A DNA stretch of 64,000 nucleotides. Origin: Candidatus Uhrbacteria bacterium (GTDB taxonomy: Bacteria; Patescibacteriota; Patescibacteriia; UBA9934). Location: assembly GCA_018673485.1 (NCBI GenBank), contig JABHCP010000001.1, positions 3,512 through 67,511 on the forward strand, read 5' to 3'. A program made the translations under genes and the position numbers. The notes under the pieces are model-generated. The model saw only the letters and a list, made by a program, of their open reading frames with translations, was not told the DNA's origin and did no database searches. Within the stretch, counting starts at the first letter, position 1, and each line of letters starts with the position of its first letter. Below are positions 1 to 9,011 of this stretch, in pieces.

Positions 1-31
1 CTTCGCTCCTAGCATGTTATAATTTTTACAT

Positions 32-355
32 ATGCCACCAAAGCCAAAACAAGATCAACAACTTACAGAACTAAAAAAACTTCGCGAGATGGTTGAGGAA
101 ATAAAAACTGACATCGATGAGGAGACCAATAAACCATTTTGGAAGAAAATGCTCGCAGCGTTTGCAGTCGGCGTTATGCGTGGACTGGGAATCGTAATTG
201 GTACAACTGTGGTAGTAGGAATACTGGTTTATCTCATGCAGGTGTTCATAGACTGGACAGACATTCAAATAGGACTCACCTCTTGGCTATCAGACATATT
301 AGACCAAGGCATAGCTGAGGCAATACCCGCAGGAATATCATCATTAATAAAATAA
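32..355 (+). CDS. small membrane protein, DUF5665-like
   Basis: Hydrophobic segment with GVMRGLGIVIGTT motif; TGTTATAAT promoter 8 nt upstream; hairpin/T-tract downstream. Confidence 0.6.
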   Translation: MPPKPKQDQQLTELKKLREMVEEIKTDIDEETNKPFWKKMLAAFAVGVMRGLGIVIGTTVVVGILVYLMQVFIDWTDIQIGLTSWLSDILDQGIAEAIPAGISSLIK

Positions 356-474
356 AAAACACCCCGGAGAAATCTGGGGGATTTTTTTGTTTAAAGTGTT
401 TTCCGTCTGTCATCCTGAGACTCCACGAAGGATCTATTTGAAAGTATCTATTATCAAAGTTCTAATCAAACCTA

Positions 475-560
475 ACGGCAACCCCCTCCAGCTCCCCCTT
501 GCCCATTCGACAAGCTCAGGGCACCCTGAGTTATATCGAAGGGTGGGAAGTGGGAGAGTC
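475..560. repeat. CCCCT/AGGGG-type REP-like element with nested TTCGACAAGCTCAG-type elements
   Basis: Starts acggcaaccccct like copies at 43478 and 50502; loop holds cccattcgacaagctcagggc and accctgagttatatcgaaggg. Confidence 0.7.
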
Positions 561-564
561 GAAC

Positions 565-1968
565 TTAGCGCACTATCAATTGAACTTCGCCGGATGCCAC
601 TGCGGTCACGTATGCGACGTGGCTCTTTTTTGTTGCGATTTTATTACGCCTCAAATATCTTTCCATTCGAAGCATGAACGTACCAGCTTCATCTGACAAC
701 ACCACTGGATGAACACCGGCACGCAAAACCATCTGCCGTGCAATCTGCCTATTCGGACAACCCATAATAATTGGCACGTTTGGACGGAATATATTTATTG
801 TAGCCGAAACCGATTTAAACGAAGATGACGTTGCGATAAAATCAATCTGTTTATTATCTGCCATCATGTGAACTGACTGCGCGATCGATTTTGGCAGCTT
901 TCCTAAATCGTGAATCTGATAAAAAGATATGTCATCGAATCTGGACTTTTCTGCCTCATCGATTATAGCTGCCATTGTCTTGACTACTGTGTAAGGATAT
1001 TCACCAGTAGCGGTCTCACCGGACAACATAACAGCATCAGTGTGGTCTATGATTGCATTAGCTACATCTGACGTCTCCGCACGCGTTGCCCTTGGATTAC
1101 TGATCATTGATTCCATCATGTGAGTTGCAACGATAACTGGCTTACCAACTTCTCGACACTGTTCGATCATCTCCTTTTGCACAATCGGAACCTGCTCAGG
1201 CTTAATCTCTACTCCCAAGTCACCACGAGCAATCATAGCTCCATCGATAACTTCTAGAATTTCAGCAAAATCCTCTACAGCCTCTGGACGTTCAATCTTG
1301 GCAATTATTTTTGGACTAATGCATCCTAATGCTCTGCACTTTGCATCAACTATCCTTCTAAGCGCTTTGATATCTTGTGCGCTTGTCACAAAAGACAAGG
1401 CGACAAAATCAACACCTTGCTCTAAACCAAACATCAAGTCCTCATGATCCTTTTGCGTCATTGCAGGCGCTGACACAACTGAGTCTGGGAGGTTGATCCC
1501 CTTATTTGAAATTACCGGGCCACCATTTACAACCTTAACCTTTACAACTTTTCCGCGCACCGACTCGACTACAGTCTCAATAAATCCATCGTTGATAAAT
1601 AACCTGTGTCCCTTTTTGACATCCTTGTGAAGATTCTTGTAAGTCACCGGTATTGGGCCATCAGGCTCATAAGAATCAACCGCAGTACTTAAATGAACCT
1701 CCTGCCCTTTGTGCAACTCTATCCCCTTCTTTGGCAAAGTACCAATACGAATCTTTGGTCCTTGCAAGTCCTGCAATACAGCCACAATCCTACCCGTCTT
1801 ATTTGCTGCTGAGCGGATGTGCTTTACCAATGCTTTATGGTCTGCATAAGAACCATGAGAAAAGTTTAAACGCGCAACATCCATTCCTGCGCGTATCATA
1901 CGAACGAGCGTGGTCACAGATGATGACGCTGGCCCGATCGTTGCTACAATTTTTGTTCGTCGCTTCAT
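565..1968 (-). CDS. pyk: pyruvate kinase
   Basis: RRTKIVATIGPAS, ARLNFSHG, IAKIE, MIARGDLGVE, DAVMLSGETA motifs. Confidence 0.98.
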   Translation of the reverse strand: MKRRTKIVATIGPASSSVTTLVRMIRAGMDVARLNFSHGSYADHKALVKHIRSAANKTGRIVAVLQDLQGPKIRIGTLPKKGIELHKGQEVHLSTAVDSYEPDGPIPVTYKNLHKDVKKGHRLFINDGFIETVVESVRGKVVKVKVVNGGPVISNKGINLPDSVVSAPAMTQKDHEDLMFGLEQGVDFVALSFVTSAQDIKALRRIVDAKCRALGCISPKIIAKIERPEAVEDFAEILEVIDGAMIARGDLGVEIKPEQVPIVQKEMIEQCREVGKPVIVATHMMESMISNPRATRAETSDVANAIIDHTDAVMLSGETATGEYPYTVVKTMAAIIDEAEKSRFDDISFYQIHDLGKLPKSIAQSVHMMADNKQIDFIATSSSFKSVSATINIFRPNVPIIMGCPNRQIARQMVLRAGVHPVVLSDEAGTFMLRMERYLRRNKIATKKSHVAYVTAVASGEVQLIVR

Positions 1969-1992
1969 AAGTAACGAAATTATACCATGAAA

Positions 1993-2466
1993 CTAAACTC
2001 TCTTTCGACGCTTGCGTACAAGTTTTTGCAATTCCTCCTCGAATTTTTTTAAATCTTCAAATGAATGATAGACCGACGCGAAACGGATGTACGCAACCTT
2101 ATCAAACGATCGTAAATGTTTCATGACAATGTCACCGAGCTTCAAACTAGTGATCTCACCGGTCCTCTCCTTTTGAATATCGCGCTCAATCTTTTGCACC
2201 AACGCGTGGAACTGCGCATCTGTAAACGGACGCTTCTCTAAAGCCTTGTTAAGTCCATCAACCATCTTAGAACGCAAATAAGGCTCACGCTTTGCGTCAC
2301 GCTTCACAACAGTCACGTTAACAAGGTCAACCTCTTCAACAGTAGAAAACCGATAACCACATACCGCCTTCTCACACTCACGACGACGCCGAACACCAGC
2401 TCCATCTCCCGCGAGACGTGAGTCAACAACTCTTGTAGATTTAAACCGACAAACTGGACAATGCAT
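1993..2466 (-). CDS. nrdR: transcriptional repressor NrdR
   Basis: CPxC..VVDSR..RRRREC Zn ribbon, ATP cone, DKVAYIRFASVY. Confidence 0.97.
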   Translation of the reverse strand: MHCPVCRFKSTRVVDSRLAGDGAGVRRRRECEKAVCGYRFSTVEEVDLVNVTVVKRDAKREPYLRSKMVDGLNKALEKRPFTDAQFHALVQKIERDIQKERTGEITSLKLGDIVMKHLRSFDKVAYIRFASVYHSFEDLKKFEEELQKLVRKRRKRV

Positions 2467-2490
2467 AATATGGAAATTTAAAGTTGAAAG

Positions 2491-2997
2491 CTAAAAGTTT
2501 AAAGCTTTTTTAATAATCGCTGGACTATCGACTGAGTTTATAAACTTTAGCGAATCGATTTCAGTAAGATCGATCCATTCTGCCAGGTCGGCATATTCTT
2601 TCTCCTCTTCATCAAAATTCTCTTTTGATAACTCGCCCCCGATGCGCCTGACGATAAAGTACAGAAGTGGGCAGTTCCAAAACTCGTCTTTGTGCTTTTT
2701 TGAATGTGCGGGGTGGAAAAATGAAGACTCGCAATGAATCGGCTCACCAACTTCAACCTCAAATCCAGTCTCTTCAAAAAATTCACGAATAAGCGCTTCT
2801 TGCATAGTCTCGCCCAACTCTACTCCGCCACCCGCAAAATCATACCCATCATACTGCTTTGATAGCAAAAGCTTCCCCTCTTCGATAAGCAACCCATAAA
2901 CCGACGGTCGAAACTGTAGCTTATCGGGCTCAATATCTCGAGTATTGCCGTAAATATCATGACACGTGATTTTATTCATACGTATCAATTTTATCAC
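2491..2997 (-). CDS. NUDIX hydrolase
   Basis: Nudix box GGVELGETMQEALIREFFEETG; true start may be MNKIT at 2979. Confidence 0.9.
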   Translation of the reverse strand: MIKLIRMNKITCHDIYGNTRDIEPDKLQFRPSVYGLLIEEGKLLLSKQYDGYDFAGGGVELGETMQEALIREFFEETGFEVEVGEPIHCESSFFHPAHSKKHKDEFWNCPLLYFIVRRIGGELSKENFDEEEKEYADLAEWIDLTEIDSLKFINSVDSPAIIKKALNF

Positions 2998-2998
2998 A

Positions 2999-3038
2999 AT
3001 TTTTCATTAAGGTGCCGATCGCGACCTTAATGAAAAAT
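2999..3038. repeat. 40-bp palindrome (related copy at 35671-35712)
   Basis: atttttcattaaggt-gccgatcgcg-accttaatgaaaaat. Confidence 0.65.
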
Positions 3039-3170
3039 TTATATGCTTTGAGACAATCGAATTAAATAGATATGAAATTCTGAGAACTTCGATCTTTCCT
3101 CGTTCTAGGATAAAACACCAATAAAACTATCAAAACGCTACAATCAACGACCTGACCCCAATATTACTTC

Positions 3171-3194
3171 AAAAGCGCCCTTGCGAGCGCTTTT
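3171..3194 (-). terminator. probable intrinsic terminator downstream of ftsZ
   Basis: aaaagcgc-ccttgcga-gcgctttt hairpin flanked by A/T tracts. Confidence 0.6.
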
Positions 3195-3272
3195 GCTTTA
3201 TATTCAATATTATCAAGCTTATGATGAACCCTCCTTCGCCAAGGCTTCGGCGGGTGATTCGACGGAGTCGAA

Positions 3273-4511
3273 TCACATCATCTTCCTGCGGATAAATGCT
3301 GGAATACCGAGGTCTTCATCGTCTTGGGCTTGATCTGGTTTTGACTGCGTTCCACCAGATGTTGGCTGTGGACTAATTTTTTGTTCAAAGTTGTTCACGG
3401 GCTTTGACTGCATCGGAGTGCTTGAGACCCTATTTTGTTCAAACGGAGAATCCTTTTTTATATTCACTGCCGGTCGCTCATCGCGCTCTGGAGCCTTCCA
3501 ACTTCCTTGTGGCGCAACGTCAGTGTCTCCGGCCAAGCTTGGTGTGCTGCGTGGTTTTCTATTATCAAATCCAGTTGCTACAACCGTAATCTTAACTTCG
3601 TCTTCAAGTGTATCATCGATATTCGCACCAAAAATAACTCGCGCATCATCATCCGCTGACCCCGTGATAACCTTAGCAGCTTCAGCAACTTCGTACATTG
3701 AAAGGTCCGGGCTACCAGTAACAGTGAAGAGGATTCCCTTAGCTCCATCAATCGAAAGTTCTAGCAGTGGACTAGCGATTGCCATCTTTGCAGCTTCGAC
3801 TGCACGATTTTCTCCTGACGCTGATCCAATTCCCATCAATGCTGATCCAGCATTTTGCATAATCGCTTTAACATCGGCAAAGTCAACGTTAATGAGTCCA
3901 GGTAAAGTAATGATCTCGGAGATCCCTTGAACACCCTGTCGCAGTACATCATCGATTATCGCGAATGACTCTAAAAGTGAAGTCTTTTTGTCGATAATCT
4001 GCAAAATTCGATCATTGGGAATTGTAATGACTGTATCAACTTGTTCTACTAAATCATTATATGCGTCATCTGCAATTCGCTTTCGCTGTGCACCTTCAAA
4101 TGTGAAAGGCTTTGTAACTACAGCAACAGTCAGTGCGCCTGCCTCACGCGCAATCTTTGCTACCTCGGGCACCGCGCCACTTCCGGTTCCACCACCGAGC
4201 CCTGCGGTTAGAAAAACCATATCAGTTCCGGCGACCATATTGCGAATATCGTTTGCTCCTTCTTCTGCTGCCCGGCGACCGACCTCTGGATTCATTCCAG
4301 CTCCAAGACCACGAGTGACAGTTTTTCCAATCGCAACTTTTTCTTGAGCGGGGTTCTGATGAAGAGCTTGTACGTCGGTATTTACCGCAACAAAGCCGAC
4401 ACCTTTAATTTTCTCTTCGATCATTCGTTTTAGTGCAGCGCCTCCGCCGCCGCCAATTCCAAAAACTTTGATCTTCGCGAAAGTTTCTACTTCTGGTTTT
4501 ACTTGAACCAT
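3273..4511 (-). CDS. ftsZ: cell division protein FtsZ
   Basis: GGGTGSG tubulin signature, NTDVQAL, INVDFADV, C-terminal IPAFIRR peptide. Confidence 0.99.
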   Translation of the reverse strand: MVQVKPEVETFAKIKVFGIGGGGGAALKRMIEEKIKGVGFVAVNTDVQALHQNPAQEKVAIGKTVTRGLGAGMNPEVGRRAAEEGANDIRNMVAGTDMVFLTAGLGGGTGSGAVPEVAKIAREAGALTVAVVTKPFTFEGAQRKRIADDAYNDLVEQVDTVITIPNDRILQIIDKKTSLLESFAIIDDVLRQGVQGISEIITLPGLINVDFADVKAIMQNAGSALMGIGSASGENRAVEAAKMAIASPLLELSIDGAKGILFTVTGSPDLSMYEVAEAAKVITGSADDDARVIFGANIDDTLEDEVKITVVATGFDNRKPRSTPSLAGDTDVAPQGSWKAPERDERPAVNIKKDSPFEQNRVSSTPMQSKPVNNFEQKISPQPTSGGTQSKPDQAQDDEDLGIPAFIRRKMM

Positions 4512-4618
4512 AGCTGAACAATTATTGTGTTATATCTACCTCCTCCATGAACACTTATTGTATTCAATTAAGCTAACATTAAATACTTTTTGTATTCATA
4601 AATTACCACACCAAGTGA

Positions 4619-4645
4619 TGTGCATAAAGCGGTGGGTGTGGATAA
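4619..4645. promoter_or_regulatory. two DnaA-box matches upstream of ftsZ
   Basis: TGTGCATAA (4619-4627) and TGTGGATAA (4637-4645) match TTWTNCACA on the minus strand. Confidence 0.5.
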
Positions 4646-4751
4646 GACGGGGGGGAAATAGACCATACGTAATTCCAGTGGAGGGCAAGCTGAAGACTTT
4701 ACCTTGCATTATGGCCTTTGTGGATTCTGAACTACCGTTGCTGTTCTCGGT

Positions 4752-5030
4752 CTGGGGGCACTTCGTCCCCCAAACCCCCAAGACTTACTTTCTTTGTTCG
4801 CCTCAAAGAAAGTAAGCAAAGAAAGAGCGGTCGCGGGTCCCACGCCCTATATCCATTTCAATATTGGAAACCTGATTAATTTAAATAGGTATAGGGCTGC
4901 AGTCAATGTTTTTGGGTGACTATGAATGAACTGATTGCCAGCTCGGTCGGCAGGCTCCCTCTCAGACGTGGTTGTCTGACAATGAGTGAACGGAGAGCTA
5001 ACTACTGTAACATTGCCGGGGGACTTAGGT
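4752..5030 (+). ncRNA. candidate structured RNA / MITE-like element, copy A
   Basis: Homologous to the reverse complement of 57059-57340, with compensatory changes and a swapped hairpin. Confidence 0.6.
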
Positions 5031-5222
5031 TAAAGCACATAAACCGCCTTTCGGCGGTTCATTAAACTGTTTTCTGCCTACCGCACTACTACTTATTCTG
5101 TCGTTCCTCCACAGGAATTGCGCATGATCCAAGTGCGCAGTGCTCAGGAGACAAAAAAGCCGAGCATAGACTCGACTCCCAACTGCGCACAGCGTACTGA
5201 GCACCGTGAACTAGCCCTCCAA

Positions 5223-6473
5223 TCACGGAATCAATGACTTCATCCACTTTCGTAACTGATCCGCGACCTGATTAACACCCTTGATATTTAATAAATTGAA
5301 CTTTCCACCATGAGCGCCACGTATAGCAAATCCCCAAAGTGTAAGACCGACAGCCGTCGCATAGGCACTATCTTGCACCTCATCGATAACGCTAGTAACT
5401 CCAATTGGTTTACCGATAGTTGATGGCAATCTCAGCACTCGCTTTGAAACATCAGCCACGCCCGGTAGATGCATTGTCGCACCCGTTAAAACAACCCCAA
5501 CTGGCAGCATTCCAGACCGATCAACCTTACGAAGTTCGTCATCAATATTCTCAAATAACTCCTCAATTCGAGCTTCAATAATTTCTGATACAAATCTAAC
5601 CTTTATCATCTCATCTTCAGTTGATCCAAAGTCAGCTAGTGAGAACTGAGCCTTTCTATCTACATCGTCTGGAACTGCATTACCAAACTCTCTCTTTACC
5701 TTCTCAGCGACTTCCAGTGATGTTCTAAGCCCGATAGCAATGTCATTGGTCAAATGATCCCCTCCAACAGGTAAAACCGCTGTATGGAGGATGTCACCTT
5801 CTTCAAAGACAACCATACTCGTTGAAGATGCACCGATGTCAATCACACATACTCCAAGCTCTTTTTGTCTTTGTGTGAGCACAGCCTCCGCAGTTGCTAG
5901 TGGAGTAAACACAAGATCGTCAATATCCAATCCGGTTCTATAAATTGTCTTGGTAAGATTCTTGATTTGAGATGAAAGTGTTTGAATAATCACCGCATCA
6001 ACCTCTAGTCTTATTCCACTCATGCCAACCGGGTCCTTGATTCCGTGCTGCCCGTCCACTGTGAAACTCTTTGGAATCACATGCAAAATCTCAAAATTCG
6101 ATGGTGTAGCCACGGTTCTAGCGGCCTCAATAACTCGCTCTACATCTTCTTCACGAATATCCGTATCTGCTCTGGCAATTCCAACCACTCCATGGCTCTC
6201 TTGCACAAATATATTATGCCCGGCAATTGAGACCCACGCACCATTTACTGCAACTCCTGTCATGCGCTCGGCGCGCTCTAATGCCTTTGAAACAGAAGAT
6301 ACCGCATCTTCCATAGAAGACACAGTTCCTTTATGTACGCCCTCTGATGGAACAGAAACGGCTCCGGTGATGTGTAATTGTGGTTTTCCGGTTTCATCAG
6401 GTACAACCTGACCTACAACCACACGTATTGTGGATGACCCAATATCTAACCCTGTGATGATCTCCTCTGCCAT
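5223..6473 (-). CDS. ftsA: cell division protein FtsA
   Basis: GLDIGSS, VIDIGASST actin-fold motifs, C-terminal amphipathic helix; upstream of ftsZ. Confidence 0.98.
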   Translation of the reverse strand: MAEEIITGLDIGSSTIRVVVGQVVPDETGKPQLHITGAVSVPSEGVHKGTVSSMEDAVSSVSKALERAERMTGVAVNGAWVSIAGHNIFVQESHGVVGIARADTDIREEDVERVIEAARTVATPSNFEILHVIPKSFTVDGQHGIKDPVGMSGIRLEVDAVIIQTLSSQIKNLTKTIYRTGLDIDDLVFTPLATAEAVLTQRQKELGVCVIDIGASSTSMVVFEEGDILHTAVLPVGGDHLTNDIAIGLRTSLEVAEKVKREFGNAVPDDVDRKAQFSLADFGSTEDEMIKVRFVSEIIEARIEELFENIDDELRKVDRSGMLPVGVVLTGATMHLPGVADVSKRVLRLPSTIGKPIGVTSVIDEVQDSAYATAVGLTLWGFAIRGAHGGKFNLLNIKGVNQVADQLRKWMKSLIP

Positions 6474-6500
6474 AGTAAAGCTATTATATCTCAGTTATGC

Positions 6501-6887
6501 TTATCCGAAAAGCTTGCCAAGCTGCGCAATGTCTTGCAGATATGGCCATAGGATCATCGCTGCAATAAGCGCTGCAGTGCAAGACGTAATAAGTACGGCA
6601 CCTGCCATCATGTCTTTTACATCCTTAACCATATCACTGAGCCTTGGCTTGAGCCCGTCTGAGAGTCTTTCAAAAATGCTATTTATTACTTCGAGTACCA
6701 ATACCGCAGCGACGAGCAACAAAAGTACAACCTGCTCCCACACATCCAGCGGTAAAAGAAAAATAACGACCAAAACAACAAGTGCGGCAACAAGCTGAAC
6801 ACGGAAGCTATGCTCCTGCTTCATCACCTGCTTAATGCCTCGCAAAGCGTACTTTAGACTTTTGAAAAACTTTCTAAGTGAGATCAT
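6501..6887 (-). CDS. dgkA: diacylglycerol/undecaprenol kinase family protein
   Basis: YALRGI, LEVINSIFERL.D, KDMMAGAVL; follows ybeY. Confidence 0.9.
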   Translation of the reverse strand: MISLRKFFKSLKYALRGIKQVMKQEHSFRVQLVAALVVLVVIFLLPLDVWEQVVLLLLVAAVLVLEVINSIFERLSDGLKPRLSDMVKDVKDMMAGAVLITSCTAALIAAMILWPYLQDIAQLGKLFG

Positions 6888-7294
6888 ATTATATGTTCAA
6901 CTATTTTATCTTGTAATGAAAACATTTCCTTATCCTCCCCTGGTTTTTCATGGTCATACCCTAGCACATGCAATATACCGTGAACAACTAAGTCGACCAC
7001 CTCATGCTCGACCGATCCGCTGGCCTGGCGCACGGCCTCATCATATGAAATGGCGATGTCGCCAATATTTTCTTTATTGTCCGGATAACCAAATGACAAT
7101 ACATCGGTAACCTCATCTTTTTTGCGGTACATTCTGTTTAATCGCCTAATTTCACTGTCAGTGACAAATCTGATACTAATGTCACCGTCTGCTGATAAAT
7201 CAGAATTTACCGCTAACTCAATACGCCTGAGCAAATCATCTGACAAGCGCTGTTCTGTTTCTATAACGGATTGTTCAAAATTAAGCCCTATCAT
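6884..7294 (-). CDS. ybeY: rRNA maturation endonuclease YbeY
   Basis: TDVLSF, GDIAIS, HGILHVLGYDH. Confidence 0.97.
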   Translation of the reverse strand: MIGLNFEQSVIETEQRLSDDLLRRIELAVNSDLSADGDISIRFVTDSEIRRLNRMYRKKDEVTDVLSFGYPDNKENIGDIAISYDEAVRQASGSVEHEVVDLVVHGILHVLGYDHEKPGEDKEMFSLQDKIVEHII

Positions 7295-8256
7295 TTTGCC
7301 ACAAAGCTATTGATCATCATCTGGAATGTTTGCAAATATACAATCTCCAACTCATCGGCAAGGTCGTATTCAAACACAAACACCATATCACCTGCTTCAA
7401 TGTAGGCCAGCAGCCCATCTGAACCGATATAAGCCATGTAACCTTCTTTCGTGAGGGTTACATCCAATTCACTGAAATCCTCACTTGTACGGGCACTGTC
7501 GCTATACCAATCACTAAAATCACCCTCAGCTGACTTAAAGCCAGCCAGACGTATAGTTGCAGTTGAATTTGTTCTAAATATAACATCTTGAGTTTCCTCA
7601 AACTCAGAGTCTACCTCAGTAGCCACACTCCATTGCGCCGGATAAGTCAGTGTCATCACCTCATCTTCACTCCGATATTCATCAACCGCACCGGTATCGA
7701 GCAATGTTTGTGGAGCCTCGCCCAAAGGACTGTAACGATGGAACACCTCATTACCATCGAGGAATGTGTCTCCATCGGTATCTGGATCTCTAACGTCGGT
7801 TCCATACAAAAGCTCTTCGATGTCTGAAAGCCCATCACTGTCCAAATCTGAACCCGACCTTATCTCGATTACCACATCTGGCACTATAACCTCGTCCACA
7901 GTTGTATCCGTAGGAATATCCTGCTCCACAGGCTCCACACTCTGTATTGCAAACCAACCCAAAATCGAAAGTGTGATTACTAATATTAAACCTGCCAAAC
8001 CAAGAATAAGTGGTAAGCGGGATTTTTTCTTCTTGACTGGAGTCTTTTTCGCAACTGGTTTCACCACTGGCTTGACGACTGGCTTTACAATAGGTTTTGC
8101 AACCGGCTTTGGAGCCGGCTTCTTATCTTCCTTAACAACAGTCTTTTTTTGTTTGAAAGCCTCTGGCATTACATTAATCACAAAATCACTCAGCTCATCT
8201 GATTGTTTGTTCTTTTGAGCTCCTGCTCTAGGCTTGTCTTGCGTTTTATCAAACAT
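7291..8256 (-). CDS. membrane-anchored protein with bacterial TSP3 (DxDxDG) repeats and possible PsbP-like C-domain
   Basis: KPVV repeats, single TM, DSDGLSDIEE..GTD..DTDGDTFLDGNEV. Confidence 0.7.
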   Translation of the reverse strand: MFDKTQDKPRAGAQKNKQSDELSDFVINVMPEAFKQKKTVVKEDKKPAPKPVAKPIVKPVVKPVVKPVAKKTPVKKKKSRLPLILGLAGLILVITLSILGWFAIQSVEPVEQDIPTDTTVDEVIVPDVVIEIRSGSDLDSDGLSDIEELLYGTDVRDPDTDGDTFLDGNEVFHRYSPLGEAPQTLLDTGAVDEYRSEDEVMTLTYPAQWSVATEVDSEFEETQDVIFRTNSTATIRLAGFKSAEGDFSDWYSDSARTSEDFSELDVTLTKEGYMAYIGSDGLLAYIEAGDMVFVFEYDLADELEIVYLQTFQMMINSFVAK

Positions 8257-8270
8257 AACACCACTACCTG

Positions 8271-8984
8271 CTATTTAGGTAAATCAAACAACTTCCCTTC
8301 TCCATTTGGATTGTATCCTGAGGCAACCTCTTGTCCGTCCAAATAACTATCATCATCTGTATCGGCATCAAATGGATCTGTACCATAAACCTTAACTTCC
8401 TCACGATCACCTAGCCCATCTTTATCGGTATCGACATCTAATGGATCTGTTCCTTCTGCAATCTCCTCAGCGTCGGTTAAACCATCACCGTCTGTGTCCT
8501 GCTCCTCCAATTCTTCGTCTGTAGGCTCTGTGTCATCAATAATCTCATCATCCGAAATCACATTATCAACCTCATCGGCGACATCCTCCACTGTATCGTC
8601 TTCTACTACTTCATCAATGGCGACATCCTGAGTCATTAATCTATATGCCAAATATCCCGCTGCCGCGATTATCCCGATGGCAACTATAACGATTAATATT
8701 ACTTTAAAAACATTGGAAATGTCAGACTTTGGAGGTGATGGTGGCACTGTCCCTCCTGCAGGTGCTGGTTGCTTAGTTGGTGCTTTTGGAGTTGGAGATG
8801 CAGCTGGCGCGGGTGCTTCAGGCTTTGATTCCGCTGGGGCTGGCTTTTGCTCAGGTGCTGCAACAGCACTTTCCACAGCGGCAGGGGCTACTGGTAGATT
8901 TGTAGGAACACCAGGAGCGTCAGCACTCGCAAACATATCCTCAACCTCAGGAGCATCATCTTTCTTTACTTGATCGTCAAACAT
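8271..8984 (-). CDS. Pro-rich, membrane-anchored TSP3-repeat protein
   Basis: P/A-rich N-terminus, one TM, three DTDxDGL-type Ca-binding repeats ending GYNPNG. Confidence 0.75.
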   Translation of the reverse strand: MFDDQVKKDDAPEVEDMFASADAPGVPTNLPVAPAAVESAVAAPEQKPAPAESKPEAPAPAASPTPKAPTKQPAPAGGTVPPSPPKSDISNVFKVILIVIVAIGIIAAAGYLAYRLMTQDVAIDEVVEDDTVEDVADEVDNVISDDEIIDDTEPTDEELEEQDTDGDGLTDAEEIAEGTDPLDVDTDKDGLGDREEVKVYGTDPFDADTDDDSYLDGQEVASGYNPNGEGKLFDLPK

Positions 8985-9011
8985 AAATTATTTATTTAGT
9001 ATTTGTATATT

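Noticed and set aside
387-696. ORFs 387-677 and 499-696 (+)
   Set aside because: Built from REP-like repeats (HSTSSG, RQAQG peptides) and antisense to pyk
4525-4815. ORFs in the ftsA-ftsZ spacer
   Set aside because: No recognisable protein features; they overlap DnaA boxes and the non-coding element
4895-5030. c-di-AMP (ydaO) riboswitch or known ribozyme assignment for the repeated element
   Set aside because: TTTTTGGG and AGCTAACT resemble ydaO, but the 5' GCTGAATCC/GGAACC core is absent, hammerhead and twister cores are not evident, and the two copies differ in orientation relative to genes
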